A DNA stretch of 64,000 nucleotides, taken from the NCBI RefSeq assembly GCF_006345805.1, contig NC_043009.1, positions 34,844,001-34,908,000 of the forward strand, given 5' to 3'. Below, one piece after another: positions 50,829 through 63,720 of the stretch (position 1 is the stretch's first letter; every line of letters begins with the position of its first letter). The notes beneath the pieces are model-generated. The model was not told the DNA's origin. It made no database searches and saw only the letters and a list, made by a program, of their open reading frames with translations. The position numbers and the translations under genes are program-made. The stretch comes from Octopus sinensis. Lineage: Eukaryota.

Positions 50829-51538
50829 TATGCGAGGGTGGGCTGATAAGTTTACAGACTGGCTATGAAGGGGTAATACTAGAGCTGTGAAATCTTGAAT
50901 GCATTAATTTCAACTTTTCTTATTCATAACTATATTGGTTCTTTCTAAGTAAAGAAGACTTCAAAATTAACTAGTAGCAATTCTCTTGAGAATCGAAAAA
51001 ATTTGGGATCGATAAAATTTGGTATCGTGATGTTATCAAGTACCAATAGAAAAATAATTCAACCTCCAAGGACAGTCATGCTGACATAGTTGCTATAATA
51101 GGGGATAATGCTCCAGCTTTTGCAAAGTGAAAAATCCAAACGCCCAGAAAAACTGATGAAAGGGGTCTTGTTTGATTAGGAGAAAGTTTCAGCACACAAT
51201 TCCTTGGATTCAATGGCTGTTGCGCGTGACTGTGTTTTGAACTGGTTGAGCACCCTCTCTATTCTGATTTGGCCCTCATCTGAGCGTCATCTGCTCCTCA
51301 ACATGAAAAACATGGCAGACAACCGTTATCGCAGTGATGAGGACGTCATATCTGTTGTTGGTAATTATTTTGACCAACAGGATGAAAGCTTTTTTCATCA
51401 ATGGGATCCAAGTACTGCAACATTGAAGGAAAAAGTGTATGGACCGCAAAGGGGACAATGTTGGAAGATTAACCTCATATGGTCACATTCCATAAGAGTA
51501 ACTCGTTCAGCTTATGAACTTTTCAGCCGACCCTGGTA
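50829..51538 (+). mobile_element. Internally deleted mariner element with both TIRs
   Basis: tatgcgagggtgggctgataagttta / ttatgaacttttcagccgaccctggta; residual PDLA.SERHL and RYRSDEDVISVV coding pieces. Confidence 0.85.
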
Positions 51539-51539
51539 T

Positions 51540-51625
51540 AACTATAGAACACACCATATATCTATAGGACACAATATATAGCTATAGAACATACATTACA
51601 ACTATAGGACACAATATATAATAGA
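51540..51625. repeat. ~20-bp minisatellite (tataactataggacacaa-like), 4-5 units
   Basis: Direct reading. Confidence 0.75.
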
Positions 51626-51730
51626 ACACACTAATCAATAAGCAACAAAACACCGGGAAGATATAAAATAGGTAAGAAAATTAAAAAGAGAGAAATAAAA
51701 AAGGAGGTGTGATATAGAAGGGAGAGAGAA

Positions 51731-51781
<51 letters not shown>

Positions 51782-52696
51782 TAAGAAAGAGAAAGGAAGT
51801 AGGGGAGAGAAGATGTCAATAAATTGAACTAGAACTTGAGAAAGCTTCATAAATCTTTTTAGTGAAAGTTATTTAATATTTCGGATGATAAACTAATCAA
51901 AGAGAGTTATTTGGAAGAAATTCTTCATCTAAGTGTAGCAAACGTATAGATAGTAACATTTAAAAAAAAAGCATACCCAGGACAAATAACGCAATAATCC
52001 CATTATCTGACCAGCCTTGTCTATATCGTCATATTTACCATGTCTTCCTTCTGCCCTGATACCTCTTTATACTATCATTTGCATCCAACTGTGATGTTTC
52101 CGTCCATATATTTTTCAGAAAACGCCTTCGCAAACAACTACAGACACAAGTATTTGGTGTTTGCCAAATTTTCTCTGTCAAAATAGAATGTTTGTGCTTA
52201 CTATCGGATTTTAATTGCTATTAGATTCGTGAGTCCACCTCATCAAACTAACATCAACTTAGCAAAAGATATCGATGCTATCCATCATATATATGTAATA
52301 AATTTGCTTGCTTGCTAAAAGTACGCAGTCACGAATTTACTTAGAGAAGGAACTCGAATGTGATCCGAAGTTTACTGAATGTACCCCACGCTACAAGTTG
52401 ACTGACATTTTACATTTGCTGAAGAGTAATTATTTGTGAAGAAGTGTATAAACAATATTATTTATTGCAGCATAGTCATAGAGACGAGCTGTAGCGTTAT
52501 CTTTCGGAGGCCCTCCGAGACAAATGAAATCAATTCCATTTCTGTCCAGTCAAAACTGCAACCAAATAATAGACTACAATTTTAAAAACAGAAAGATGCA
52601 TCATATTATCTACTTCTAGATGTACAATAACGTTTGTTAGAAACAAATTTAGATTGTAGCGACGAAGATTATTTAAGTATAAATATACAGATATTT

Positions 52697-53072
52697 ACTC
52701 TTTTACTTGTTTCAGTCATTTGACTGCGGCCATGCTGGAGCACCGCCTTTAGTCGAGCAAATCGACCCCAGGACTTATTCTTTGTAAGCCCAGTACTTAT
52801 TCTATTGGTCTCTTTTGCCAAACCGCTAAGTGACGGGGACGTAAACACACCAGCATTGGTTGTCAAGCAATGCTAGGGGGACAAACACACACACATACAT
52901 ATACATATATATACATATATACGACAGGCTTCTTTCAGTTTCCGTCTACCAAATCCACCCACAAGGCATTGGTTGGCCCGGGGCTATAGCAGAAGACACT
53001 TGCCCAAGATGCCACGCAGTGGGACTGAACCCGGAACCATGTGGTTGGTTAGCAAGCTACTTACCACACAGC
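52697..53072 (-). mobile_element. SINE family C, well-preserved copy
   Basis: Complete head, core and tail. Confidence 0.92.
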
Positions 53073-53229
53073 CTAATAAAACAAACTTACACAAAGTACA
53101 AACGGCAGAGGGGATTAAAAGGGAAGAGGCAAGGTGTCATAAGTCCAACAGCTCGGAGATCCATCATAATGTTTCTAGATGTAGTTCACCAAAATATGTA
53201 AAATATGCACCAAATAAGGGAAGCAAATA

Positions 53230-53930
53230 AACATTGGATAAATCGAGCCTCCGTCATCAGTGTAGAGAAAAACCTTACATTTCAGATGATGATGCAGAGC
53301 AGTTTAAAGGTGGAATGTTTAAATGTGGAGAGCAAGCAGTTTTGTAGAGAGGAAGTGGGAGGTTCGTTGCAGGAGTGTTGAGGCATGGAAGGGTGAAAGA
53401 AATAAGCAAGTCAGTTCAGGAAGATGGAGAGAGGTTAAGAATCGGAATTGAGAAAGGTAGTATTGGAGGTGAAGAGTTGGAAGATAAGAGGAAGGGGTAG
53501 TGTAGGTAATAATTGAAGGCTATTCAGTTTTTGTTGGGCTTGTGAATATATGTCAAAACTAAGAGATATTATCTATAGAACTATGGGAATTTGAGACAGT
53601 GAGAAAGGGAAGGACAATTATAGAGGGAGGGAAAGGGTCTAATTCATAGATGTTTATAGGATGGCTAAGAGGGAATTCGAAGAGAAAAGTTTGGTGGTGG
53701 AGGGAGATTACTAAGGTATGTAGAAAGGCATGAGAAAAGATAGAAGGAGGTGGACAGAGTGGGTTGGCAGTCAAAGCGGCAGTGGTTAGTGCTCGATGGT
53801 TTAGGTTGAAGGAGGAAATCAAATAATGAAGGAGGGTTAGCGGTGGAAGGACAGTACTGAGGTATGTAGAAGTGTATGGGAGTAAAAAGAGAGAGGTATC
53901 TAGAGAGAGAAGGAAGGAGGGATAGGTTGG
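53230..53930 (-). mobile_element. Highly degenerate retroelement remnant (pyrimidine-rich sense strand)
   Basis: Strong strand asymmetry and a decayed core ctgatgacggaggctcga at its 3' end; family unresolved. Confidence 0.3.
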
Positions 53931-54032
53931 GAGGCTGTAGTAGAAGACACTTGCCCAAGGTGCCACGCAGCGGGACTGAACCCAGATCAATGCGGTCGGA
54001 AAGCAAGCTTCTTACCCCACACCCACGCCTGT

Positions 54033-54100
<68 letters not shown>

Positions 54101-54137
54101 TATATATATGTATGTATATGTATGTATATATATATAT

Positions 54138-54407
54138 ATCACGTGATCATGCGACCGTCCAGATGCTGTTAGACACCGCTGGCCGCTGGTCACAATGCGC
54201 TTTTTCACTGATTTAGCCTTCAAACGAAGCCACCCCGCTGGCTACGTGTGCAGGCCAACAATCTTCTCTGATCGAAGGGGGTGGGTATAGCAATGTGAAA
54301 TGAAGTGCCTTGCTCAAGAAAACACAACGTGCTGCCCAGTCAGGGAATAGAACCCACCAACTAGCGATCGTGAGTCCAACAATCTAACCATTAGTCTACG
54401 CGCCTTC
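54138..54407 (-). mobile_element. tRNA-derived SINE, head B plus tail Y
   Basis: gaaggcgcgtagactaatggttag head; CORE-like cttgagcaaggcacttcatttcac; tail gcgcattgtgaccagcgg. Confidence 0.8.
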
Positions 54408-54874
54408 ACACACAGACACACACACACACACACACATAAAATAATATATCAAATATATAATAATATAGGAAGACTGTTAGAAATGCAAACCTAAACACAA
54501 ATTAACAAACAAGAGTACAAAATAATTCCAGCATTGCTAGAAATAAGAGTAAAAACGACCCAAAAAGCCATAAAAAGCACTAACTCAATGAGTTGACGAA
54601 AGAGAGGCGGCGAGAAAGTACCTTACCGTGGTGATACAATCTCACAAATTAAGTAACAGATATATCCATATCATGTGATTTCGAACTCTGATAAATTTTA
54701 TCTTAGTTCTCGTCAGTAGATCTTACTGTCGTTTTTGACTCATATTTCTAGCAATGCTAATACTATTTTATATCCTTGTTTCATTAATTTGCCTTTAGTT
54801 TTGAATTGCTAACGGGTCACCTATATTGTAATATATTTAATATATTTTAATGTGGTGTGAAAGAAAGTTGTGAA

Positions 54875-55135
54875 TTTAGTCGAGTTAACGTTTCCTCATG
54901 AAGATAACATGGACGCCGCTCGGGCTCGAAAGGTTGCCCGTTATGTAAACCTCCTCGAGGAATATGAAGACGCAGGCTGAAAAGCGGAGCATTTCCTAAT
55001 CGGAGCCGGATGTAGAGGATTTGTGTGAGGCGACTGTTGTTATTGTTAGTCCTAACTCATCGTAATGTAAATAAAAAAATATCCAAATCACACTGGATTT
55101 GGTTAAAAAGATACGATGAGCGATAGCTAGATGAA
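54875..55135 (+). mobile_element. Restriction-like endonuclease C-terminus of a HERO/R2-type non-LTR retrotransposon
   Basis: LVELTFPHEDNMDAARARKVARYVNLLEEYEDAG*KAEHFLIGAGCRGFV; SHWIWLKR. Confidence 0.75.
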
Positions 55136-55456
55136 TATTGAGCATTATTTGATAACCAGTTGATCTAGCAAGCAGGGCCTCATATCAATGAGGGGGCCGG
55201 TGCACACTGACGGCATCGAGAGATAGGCTCCGAAACGGCGCGCATTCTCTCCTGATTCCTGATGACCCCATACACTTGCTGGTTTCCGGTATGCGGAGCT
55301 TTCGACTGGTAGCACTTGCACGTGCAAGTTGGTTGCAAAACGAATTATTTTATTTTTCCTATACACTTCTACTGATTTGAATTAGCGCACGCTGTTCAAC
55401 GGTTTTCTCACGAGTTTGACGTGACGAGTAACTCTTTAACCATAGGCACAGTAAGA

Positions 55457-55512
55457 TCCACTGACGAGGACAAAGATTAAATTGATAAGTGTTCGAAATC
55501 ACGTGATATGTA
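55457..55512 (+). ncRNA. Type I hammerhead-like motif
   Basis: tcca CTGACGA ggaca...tgttc GAAA TCACGTGA T A tgta. Stem II is 5 bp and helix III is the palindrome ATCACGTGAT. Stem I has one mismatch. Confidence 0.62.
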
Positions 55513-55649
55513 TATATCTGTTACTTCATTTGTGAGTTTGTCTCACCACGGTGAAGTGCTTTCTCGCTTCCTCGCTCTCTTCAACTCATTGTGTTAGTGC
55601 TTTTTGAGTAGATTTTTTACTAGCAATGATGGTACTATTTTGTACCCTT

Positions 55650-55715
<66 letters not shown>

Positions 55716-56414
55716 CATATATATACAAGAGTGACAGAGAGAGAGAGAGGAGAAATGGAAAGAATGGAAGAGACGTAAACAAGAGACTATGGCACTACAA
55801 CCAGCCAGGAACAGTCTTCGCTACATTTGCGGTACCTGCCAGAGGGAGTGTTTGTCCAGGATAGGACAACACAGCCACAGCAGGAAATGTATCAGGACAT
55901 GAAATATAAAAGCCGGACTAGACTACACAAAAAAAAAAATGCGCAACTCCATTGTCTCCTGAGACAGAAAGGATGCCAATACAATACAATATAACATATA
56001 TACTTATAACTAGAAAAAAAGGGATTAAAGAAATCCAGGCAGATATTAATAAAGCACTCAGTTTTAAGCCAATTTGGTTAACTATATCCAACAGGTACCG
56101 ATAAATGCACGTAAAATACACGTCTAAGGTTATTCCCCATGTATGACAAGTAAATTCAAATATCATTTAGAAGAATTTATAGTATAAAATATGGATTCAT
56201 AAAATCGTATGACTATCACAGAAAGCTCCTCTAACGGACTCGGCTAAATGACCTTTATACTAATCAAATACAAAGGAGTGTAATGAAGAATGTCCCTGCA
56301 GCTGAAATCCAGAAGATCAGATCCATGAAAGTATTTCATGTGCAGTATATAAACTATAGCAAGTCAGGAGGTATGACAGGTGAATATATTTATAATTTCA
56401 ATGTGGATTAAGTT

Positions 56415-56600
56415 GGCAAGCTGGCAAAATCGTTTGCATGCCGAGAAAAATGCTTAGCGGTATTTCGTCCATTTTCACATTCTGAGTTCAAATTCCGCCG
56501 AGGTCGACTTTGCCTCTCATTCTTTAGGGGGTCGATGTAATCACCTTACACCTTCTCTTAAACTTGCTGTTCTTGTGCCAAAATTTGAAATTGGTTATTT
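56415..56600 (+). mobile_element. SINE family A
   Basis: Head plus core. Confidence 0.75.
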
Positions 56601-57602
56601 TAATGTGGAATAGCTTTTGCTTACACTTTTACATTAAAATACATGCTACGTATTATACAAATACAAACATGTATTCATGAATCGATTTAAATAAAGAAAG
56701 TTAGCTTAACATCAACAGAACATCATAGTTACACACCACAATGTCCTCTTCATCTAATGAGCTTGCTTTCCTTATTTGCATTGATTTGTGATTATACGAT
56801 CGTATAATGCGCATCATGCATATTAATGTAACCATAATTTATGCTACGCTGAAATTATTACTACATGAAGAAGACTGCGAAACGACCGCAACCCTAATGA
56901 TGTTAAGTGGTTAAATAGATATACTCATCTCTTACAGTCCTAACTTTATGAGTATGTACACACAAGCGCGCGCAAACACACACACACACACACTCACATC
57001 ATTCAACTACGGAAGTAATTGAATAATATTCTTAAGGCAGCAATTTGCTCACACGCAGCATCTTCAGAGCTTTGTCGCTAATTCAGTTCTTAACCAAATT
57101 GAAAACTGTTAACGTTTTTTGAAGAAGGCTGGGGTTATTAAAAAAAATTTGTTTGTGAACTTTTAAAATAAAACGAGGTTTCTTAGGATCAAGTGGTTCT
57201 GTCTTCATCTTTAAGAAATACTTCTCCATAATTTCCTTAGCCTCAAGGTTGGTTTTCTTGAGTGCACCTTTACTGGTAATCCTATAGTTTTTAAAATTTC
57301 TTTTTGAAGCAGTTCTAGGTATAGTCCTTGGTAAGTTTGTACAGGTTTCCCATTATTTAGAATTGTCGATATGGAGTTAACCATTCAATTTTTCCTAATT
57401 TCTTTGTTCATTTATCTTATCCCCTGTGCTATATGAATGCATGATGTGGTTATAGAGTCAGTTTTGACTGCTATTTCTGGCATGGCAGTGCCTCTTCGGT
57501 ACCCTTAATTATAATTATACTTATATTATTATTATTACCTACACGGAATTTTCCATGCAGGCCACTTGATATGATCGTTATTCTAAACAACGGTCTTATC
57601 CT

Positions 57603-57659
<57 letters not shown>

Positions 57660-58242
57660 TACAAGTAGACCCATACATATATATTTATATACATATGGAT
57701 GTTTGTGTGTGTGTGTGTGTGTGTGTGTGCGTGCGTTGGTCTGTCTGTAACATAAACTGGTGAGAGAAAAATGTGTGCCTGCTGATAAGATTTTTTATAT
57801 TTTTCACTTAGCTCAATTGACTGACTCCAGGACGATGAAAGAAAGTGCCAGTTTCGAAGATAAATAAACGAAATTATGTATAACAAAAGTAAATACATAA
57901 ACGATATTTGAAAGGACTCCACAATTTCCTCCTCAATTTTGTTATTACAAAAAAAAAAAAAAAAAAGAAAATGTCGAATTCTTTTGCATCCAGCAAAAAT
58001 GGTGATTTGTGATGCTCTGACTGTTATACGCTTCCTCGAGTACACTAGTCTGTAACGAAAGTGAAATTGTTTAAATATGAGATGAAAATGGCATCCCAGT
58101 CTCTGGTGGGAAAGATATTTTTCACCTCTTTCTCTATGCCCTTTGTGAAGTTCTCTGGAGAAATATTGGTTTATTTTTGCTGCTGCATACGAGAGAAATA
58201 TTGGTAGAGTCTATGAAATAAATTCTAATAGAAAATGAAAGG

Positions 58243-58415
58243 CTGAAATCAGTTCCAGTGGAAGCTGAATGCCTAAAATCTACTTGAATGGAAGTTGGAT
58301 GGCTAAAATTGGACTCAAAGCAGGTTGAATGGATAAATACCAATTCTATGGAAGCTGAGTAGATTAAAGTTGAATTCAATAAAAGCTGAATTTTATTTTA
58401 GATCCATCTGAATGG
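58243..58415. repeat. Degenerate 30-bp-period tandem repeat
   Basis: gctgaaatcagttccagtggaagctgaatg / cctaaaatctacttgaatggaagttggatg / gctaaaattggactcaaagcaggttgaatg / gataaataccaattctatggaagctgagta. Confidence 0.75.
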
Positions 58416-58861
58416 AAGTTGGAATCTTTCAAGATCGACTCTCAAAAGAACAATTTGAACAAAAAACAAGAAATCATTACTATTTGCCAACGCCCATATG
58501 AGAAACAAGTTATTGAAAATTATTAAAGCCGGCATCTTTTTCTTTCTAAATATTTAGACCTCATATTTCTGATCTAAACATAAAGAAACCCTCATTAACT
58601 ATTTTATAACACATCAAATTAAACCGCCTATGTATATAAACTTTACGGGAATTAATAATTTATTGTGAAATGTACCCCTATCAATACTAGTATATATTAC
58701 CATTTGCACAGGTTAAAGAAAGAGTAAACATGCAGATAAGTATTCTTCCTTTGTTAATTGTGGTAAATAGTTTCATTTACTAGTTTTATTCAATAAATTT
58801 ATAACATATATAGAGGTTTTTTACTGTTTAAATATTATTACTTTACGTTTGTCGTAATAAT

Positions 58862-59480
58862 GGAGTTCTTAGATCTGAAAAGGATCTGTGTTCTTTCAGC
58901 TACCATTTTCCACTTGATTTTACGTGGTGTGGTGTTAGACTTTCAAACCTCACACATGGCTAGTTTGCTTAGTGGCTTTACTTCTGTTCCTGTGCTGGAA
59001 GGAAGATATGTGGTTAGCTATGCCACACCACATACAATCATGTGCAAAATAGTTGAAAGTTTCACACCATATGTCAACGGATCCAAAAAATGTAAGCTAT
59101 TCATAGCTGAAAGAACACAGATCCTTTTCAGAACCAAGAACTCCACTGCACTGCTGAATTTCAGATCTGAAATATTCAAAGGATGTAAACATATGGATAA
59201 GTTTCATTTGGCGAATTGGAAAATACCACCCTCTCCAAATTGAGCAGCTCTGCTGCACTCTAGGCCCCTATCCATTCAAGGATATAACTCTAATTTTCCC
59301 CACTCTTTCTTTTTGTTTTTTCATTTTTCAGTGTTTCATCTTTTACATCTACTTCCTTCTCACCTTTTCTCTTATCGTATTGTCCTGTTTTAGTTTGTTA
59401 TACCATTTGGCTAGAGTCTGAAGGCACCAGATGTGTTATAAAATGCTGTCTGAGTAGTTTTCATCGCATGAAACTATTAG
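58862..59480 (+). mobile_element. PLE GIY-YIG C-terminal remnant with an inverted 5' piece and 3' pLTR
   Basis: FTPYVNGSKKCKLFIAERTQILF..LLNFRSEIFKGCKHMDKFHL; 58862-58902 is the reverse complement of 59104-59144. Confidence 0.75.
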
Positions 59481-59772
59481 CAGCTCATAAAAATATATAC
59501 TGTTTATCAAATAAAATCATATATGTATATATAAATAAAATACGAAATTGTTCATAAATATTTGTTTACAACATTCATTAACATAAAGTGTTTATTACTT
59601 ACCTAATGCCAATTACATAATCAAAATATATTGTCAAATCATCAGAGACTTCTAACTTTTATACATTGAAATGATGGCAGACTTCACCATCATGGAAATG
59701 ACAGTTACTAGTCATCTCAATGATGATGAATTATGTCATCTTTCCAATCCAATAATGTTGCATATAGTTATA

Positions 59773-60010
59773 TCATCATCATTTAGCGTCTGCTTTCCAT
59801 GCTAGCATGGGTTGGATGGTTCAACTGGGGTCTGGGAAGCCAGAAGGCTGCACCAGGCCCAGTCTGATCTGGCAATGTTTCTATGGCTGGATGCCCTTCC
59901 TAACACCAACCACTCCGTGAGTGTAGTGGGTGCTTTTTACATGCCACCAGCACAGGTGCCAGACGAGACTGGCAAATGGCCACAGTCGGATGGTGCTTTC
60001 TACGTGGTCT
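59773..60010 (-). mobile_element. SINE-like repeat with the ggttggtgttaggaagggcatccagcc motif (Meta-domain-like) and a (GAT)n tail
   Basis: Recognised motif and tail; family assignment is inference. Confidence 0.6.
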
Positions 60011-60541
60011 TTGATAATTTGACATTAAATCTTCATTATGTAATTTGTATTGTGTATCTAATGACAATCTCATGTCAATTAAATGTAAGATGGTGTATCT
60101 TATAAACAATCTCTGTTTTGTACTGATATTTTCATATATGCAGCATAACACTCAAAACCAGGATTCAAAAGAAAAAAAAAATACACTTCCTAAGGCATGA
60201 ACAGAAATACACCTGGTCTTTCTAAATTGCTGGTTGTCAGTGCAATTTAAAGTTTAAACTGCACTGACTGAATCAACCATTGATATAGAATTGAAGGTTA
60301 TAAACCATAAACAATAAAGATAACCAAAAATATATTTAAAGTTAATAAATATATATTTTAATATGCAAAACATAGTACAGTAAGTAAAATATATTTTATT
60401 AACATACATATAATATTATTCTACAATAAAAGCCTGTATCTCCAATGAACATAATGGAAACAAATTGTTGAATAAGCAAGAAGACTGTGCACAGTATACA
60501 CAGCTACAGATGGAAATAGATAGATAGATAGATAGGTAGAG

Positions 60542-60572
<31 letters not shown>

Positions 60573-61077
60573 AGAGAGAGAGAGGGAGAGAGAGAGAGAG
60601 AGAGAGGGAGATGAGTATGTCTGATTAAAGAATTTTCAAAACATATATCTGGCTTGCTTGTAATGATATCAATGTTGTTTCCTTAAAAAACAATAAGATA
60701 AAAAATATCCAAATGAAATGTAATATTCATTTATTGCCCAAACATAATGTTTCTGATTGGTGATCAAATCCAATGGGTTTGGCTTACTTGAAGCTTTATT
60801 TTCAACTGCATAAAATTTCTCTTCTTATATATATGTGGCATCAGTTAACAAGGTCTCAAGGCAATGAAATATTAAAGGAAAATGAATGGAATGTTTATAT
60901 CCTTTACCTTTCAAAGTAACAGTTTATAAAGTATATTTTGTGAAGTAGATTTAACAAGAGGTAAAAACGAATATGTGGGTAGAGTAAACATAGAATTATA
61001 TAACATACACATGATTATATCATATCACAGCCAACACTATTACAACATACTTTAAATTATATCACAGCTGTCCTATT

Positions 61078-61280
61078 AGAGTGGTGAGCTGGCAGAATCA
61101 AAATGATTAGTGATATTTCATCCATCTGCACTTTGTAAGCTCAAATTCCACTAAGGTTGACTTTGCCTTTCATCCTTTGCAGGGTCGGTAAAATAAGTAC
61201 CAGTTGAGTACTGGGGTCAATATATTTGACTTAGCCATTCCCCCCAAATTGCTGGCCCTGTGCCAAAATTTGAAACCATT
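61078..61280 (+). mobile_element. SINE family A
   Basis: gtgagctggcagaatc head plus core. Confidence 0.75.
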
Positions 61281-61494
61281 ATTATATTATAGCCAACATT
61301 ATGTTATATCACAGCCTCATTACATTAACATACTATATTATAGTTGGCATTACTTTATATGACACATTTAGTGTTTCATATACATATGTGTGTGAGTGCG
61401 TGTTTTCATACATTTTATTCCTGTCATATAGACATCGCAGCATTAAGAATTTCATTTTAGTCTAATTTTTAACAATAAAAATAATAATAGCTAT

Positions 61495-61710
61495 TTCTGA
61501 ATTAGGGAAAAGGACTGACATTTTTAGAGAAGGATTTAATCAACTAAATTGTCCCCAATACTTGACAAGTATATACTAGAAGGATGGCAGGTGAAGTTGA
61601 CCATGGTGGAATTTGAACCTAAAAAATATAAGGAACCTGAACAAACACTACAAAGCATTTTATCAGAGGGTCTAAAGATTCTGCCAATACACCACCCCTT
61701 ACAATACCAA
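61495..61710 (-). mobile_element. Diverged SINE family A
   Basis: Reverse complement of decayed head and core. Confidence 0.55.
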
Positions 61711-61836
61711 TAATAATGATTTCACATTTATATTAACACAGATTGTACATGATATAATGTTTTAGCATTAAAAAATTTTTTTCCGCATAAGATATAATAA
61801 AACTGTACCCCAGGGATCTTCATTTTACTGGGAACC

Positions 61837-62108
61837 CTAGTTTGGGTGTTTATCCATCCTGAAAATATTTGCATCAGAAAGAGGAGGGTATAGCAATTTT
61901 TGGAGAGGAAGATGATTAATTTCCTTTTTGACTAGCAGGGGCAAAGAAAAGCAACCTAATTTAAACTTCTTTTCAATTCCAGCCTTTATTTCCAACTTGA
62001 CACAGGCTGAGAATCTGTGTTTGTTAAAGGTGACATTATAGAATTTTACACATAATTTCACTTCAGGTAGTTGAGGTAAGCCAATACATACAGGTGGAGG
62101 ATTCTTCA
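61837..62108 (-). CDS. Terminal coding exon of a DUF4773-like Cys-rich protein
   Basis: Polypyrimidine acceptor tccttcttttctatcttccag, phase 1. KNPPPVCIGLPQLPEVKLCVKFYNVTFNKHRFSACVKLEI..KFKLGCFSLP matches the NPPPxC..C.xFY..C.xLE..LGCF pattern. TAG at 61837-61839. Confidence 0.78.
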
Positions 62109-62131
62109 CTGGAAGATAGAAAAGAAGGATA

Positions 62132-62171
<40 letters not shown>

Positions 62172-62221
62172 GAAATAATGATAATAATAATAATAATAAC
62201 AAAAATGATAATAATAATGAT

Positions 62222-62790
62222 TAAGTGGATGTGAGAGCCTTCCACAAAAAGAATACAAATGCTGCCATGGCAGTGTGAATACAAATTGGCTTTTGTGCCA
62301 TAAATACCAATATGAAGTAACAGAGAACTGGTATGAGCATGTACCAAGTAAAATTACACAGGAAGATGGAAAAGTAACGATACTCTGGAACTATGGTTTT
62401 CAGATAGATTATGTAATCGAAAACTGTCGGCCAGATATTGTCATATTGAATAAGAGAGACAAATACTGTCAGAATGTTGTGAGTAAAGAGGTTGAAATAA
62501 TCACCAAGTACTCAGAATTGAAAGTGGACATGGCAAGACTGAATGGAATACGAGAGGGTAATGTAAAAGTGATATCAGTGGTAATTGAAGTGTTGGGCTA
62601 AATCCCATTGAAACCTCAAGACGTCTTAAGGTAACTGGAAATCTCATGCAAAATTGATGTTGTGCAAAAAGCAGCCATATTGGGCACAGTGCACATCTTA
62701 AGGAAAGTATTATCAGTCTGAGGTCCTTGTTGTGACTTGTCAGATGACTAAAGATTCTGGTGCATGTTTACTTACACTGTGTAATGAAGG
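62222..62790 (+). mobile_element. 3' end of a Dong/R4-type REL non-LTR retrotransposon
   Basis: WLLCHKY..WYEHVPS..VTILWNY.FQIDYVIENCRPDIV..KYSELK..VKVISVVI..QKAAILGTVHILRKVLSV*; (AAT)n on both flanks. Confidence 0.85.
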
Positions 62791-63149
62791 AATAATAATA
62801 ATAATAACCATAATAATAATAGACAAAAAGAGTACGACGCAATTTGTAATAGATTGTTTATTTAATGGTTTGAATGATATTTCAACAGATCTTCAGGTTC
62901 AAAATGTAAAATGAAAATAACTGCAGAAACACAGAAATTCAAAATATAAAGAAAGAAATCTTGCATTCCTATTTCAATAGAATAACATCATCAGTTTTTA
63001 ATTCCATATTTGGTAAAAGGAAAAAGAAGAAAGAAAAAAGAAAAAAAAGGAAAAGGAATATTTTGTCAAACAGTTTCGTGTAAATGTGATGAAATTCACC
63101 TATCATTTTATTAATTCCTCCAGGACATGACGCTAGTAATTCACAAATA

Positions 63150-63720
63150 TATTTGCTCCCATGCATTTCAAGGACTGAAAAAGTTGTAGAGTGAATATTT
63201 TCTGAGAATGTGCACTTTTTGGTGTTCCGCAAAATTGCAATCGTTTCATGTAAAATGTTCTATCAAACTACTGCTGTTGTGTCTGAAGTTATACCTGTGC
63301 CCATGGAAACTTTTGTTAAATTGTTATGTTGTACAACCAACATAAATTATATTGTGTTTATAGCATTCTGTTGTGTACACTAAATGGAAATCTTTACAAG
63401 TCTATTTAAATCATAACATTTATGTTATGATTTGTGATGAAATTGACTTGGCTCATGTTGTTGCATAATGAACAGGGCTTACCTCTCTTGCAGCTGTTTG
63501 TCAAGGTACAGTATTCAGAAACTTCAATAGTAGGTTTTTTGCGGTCAGAGGTAGCGGTTAAAATTTCTTTTATATTTTTATTGCATCTAAAAGCTACAAT
63601 AAGCATCTGGGGGAATATATGTTTGAAACAAGGATATTTTCCTGCCAGATGCTGGTATCTTTCATGCAACACTTTTGAAATGCCAGTGAAATTTCAGTGT
63701 CAGCTAATCACTGATGGAAG
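63150..63720 (-). mobile_element. PLE linker and GIY-YIG remnant
   Basis: IVAFRCNKNIKEIL..CKRGKPCSLC..LVYTTECYKHNIIYVGCTT..FHGHRY. Confidence 0.8.

Noticed and set aside
51540-51625. CRISPR-like array (also 58243-58415)
   Set aside because: Tandem units have no unique spacers, and the context is eukaryotic with no cas genes.
58860-59243. 127-aa ORF as a host gene
   Set aside because: The C-terminal half is a PLE GIY-YIG tail and the N-terminus is an inverted copy of the same sequence.
60788-60805. 18-nt micro-exon candidate on the minus strand (tttatgcag TTGAAAATAAAGCTTCAA gtaagc)
   Set aside because: It lies downstream of the DUF4773-like stop codon, and such motifs arise by chance in AT-rich DNA; RNA evidence is needed.
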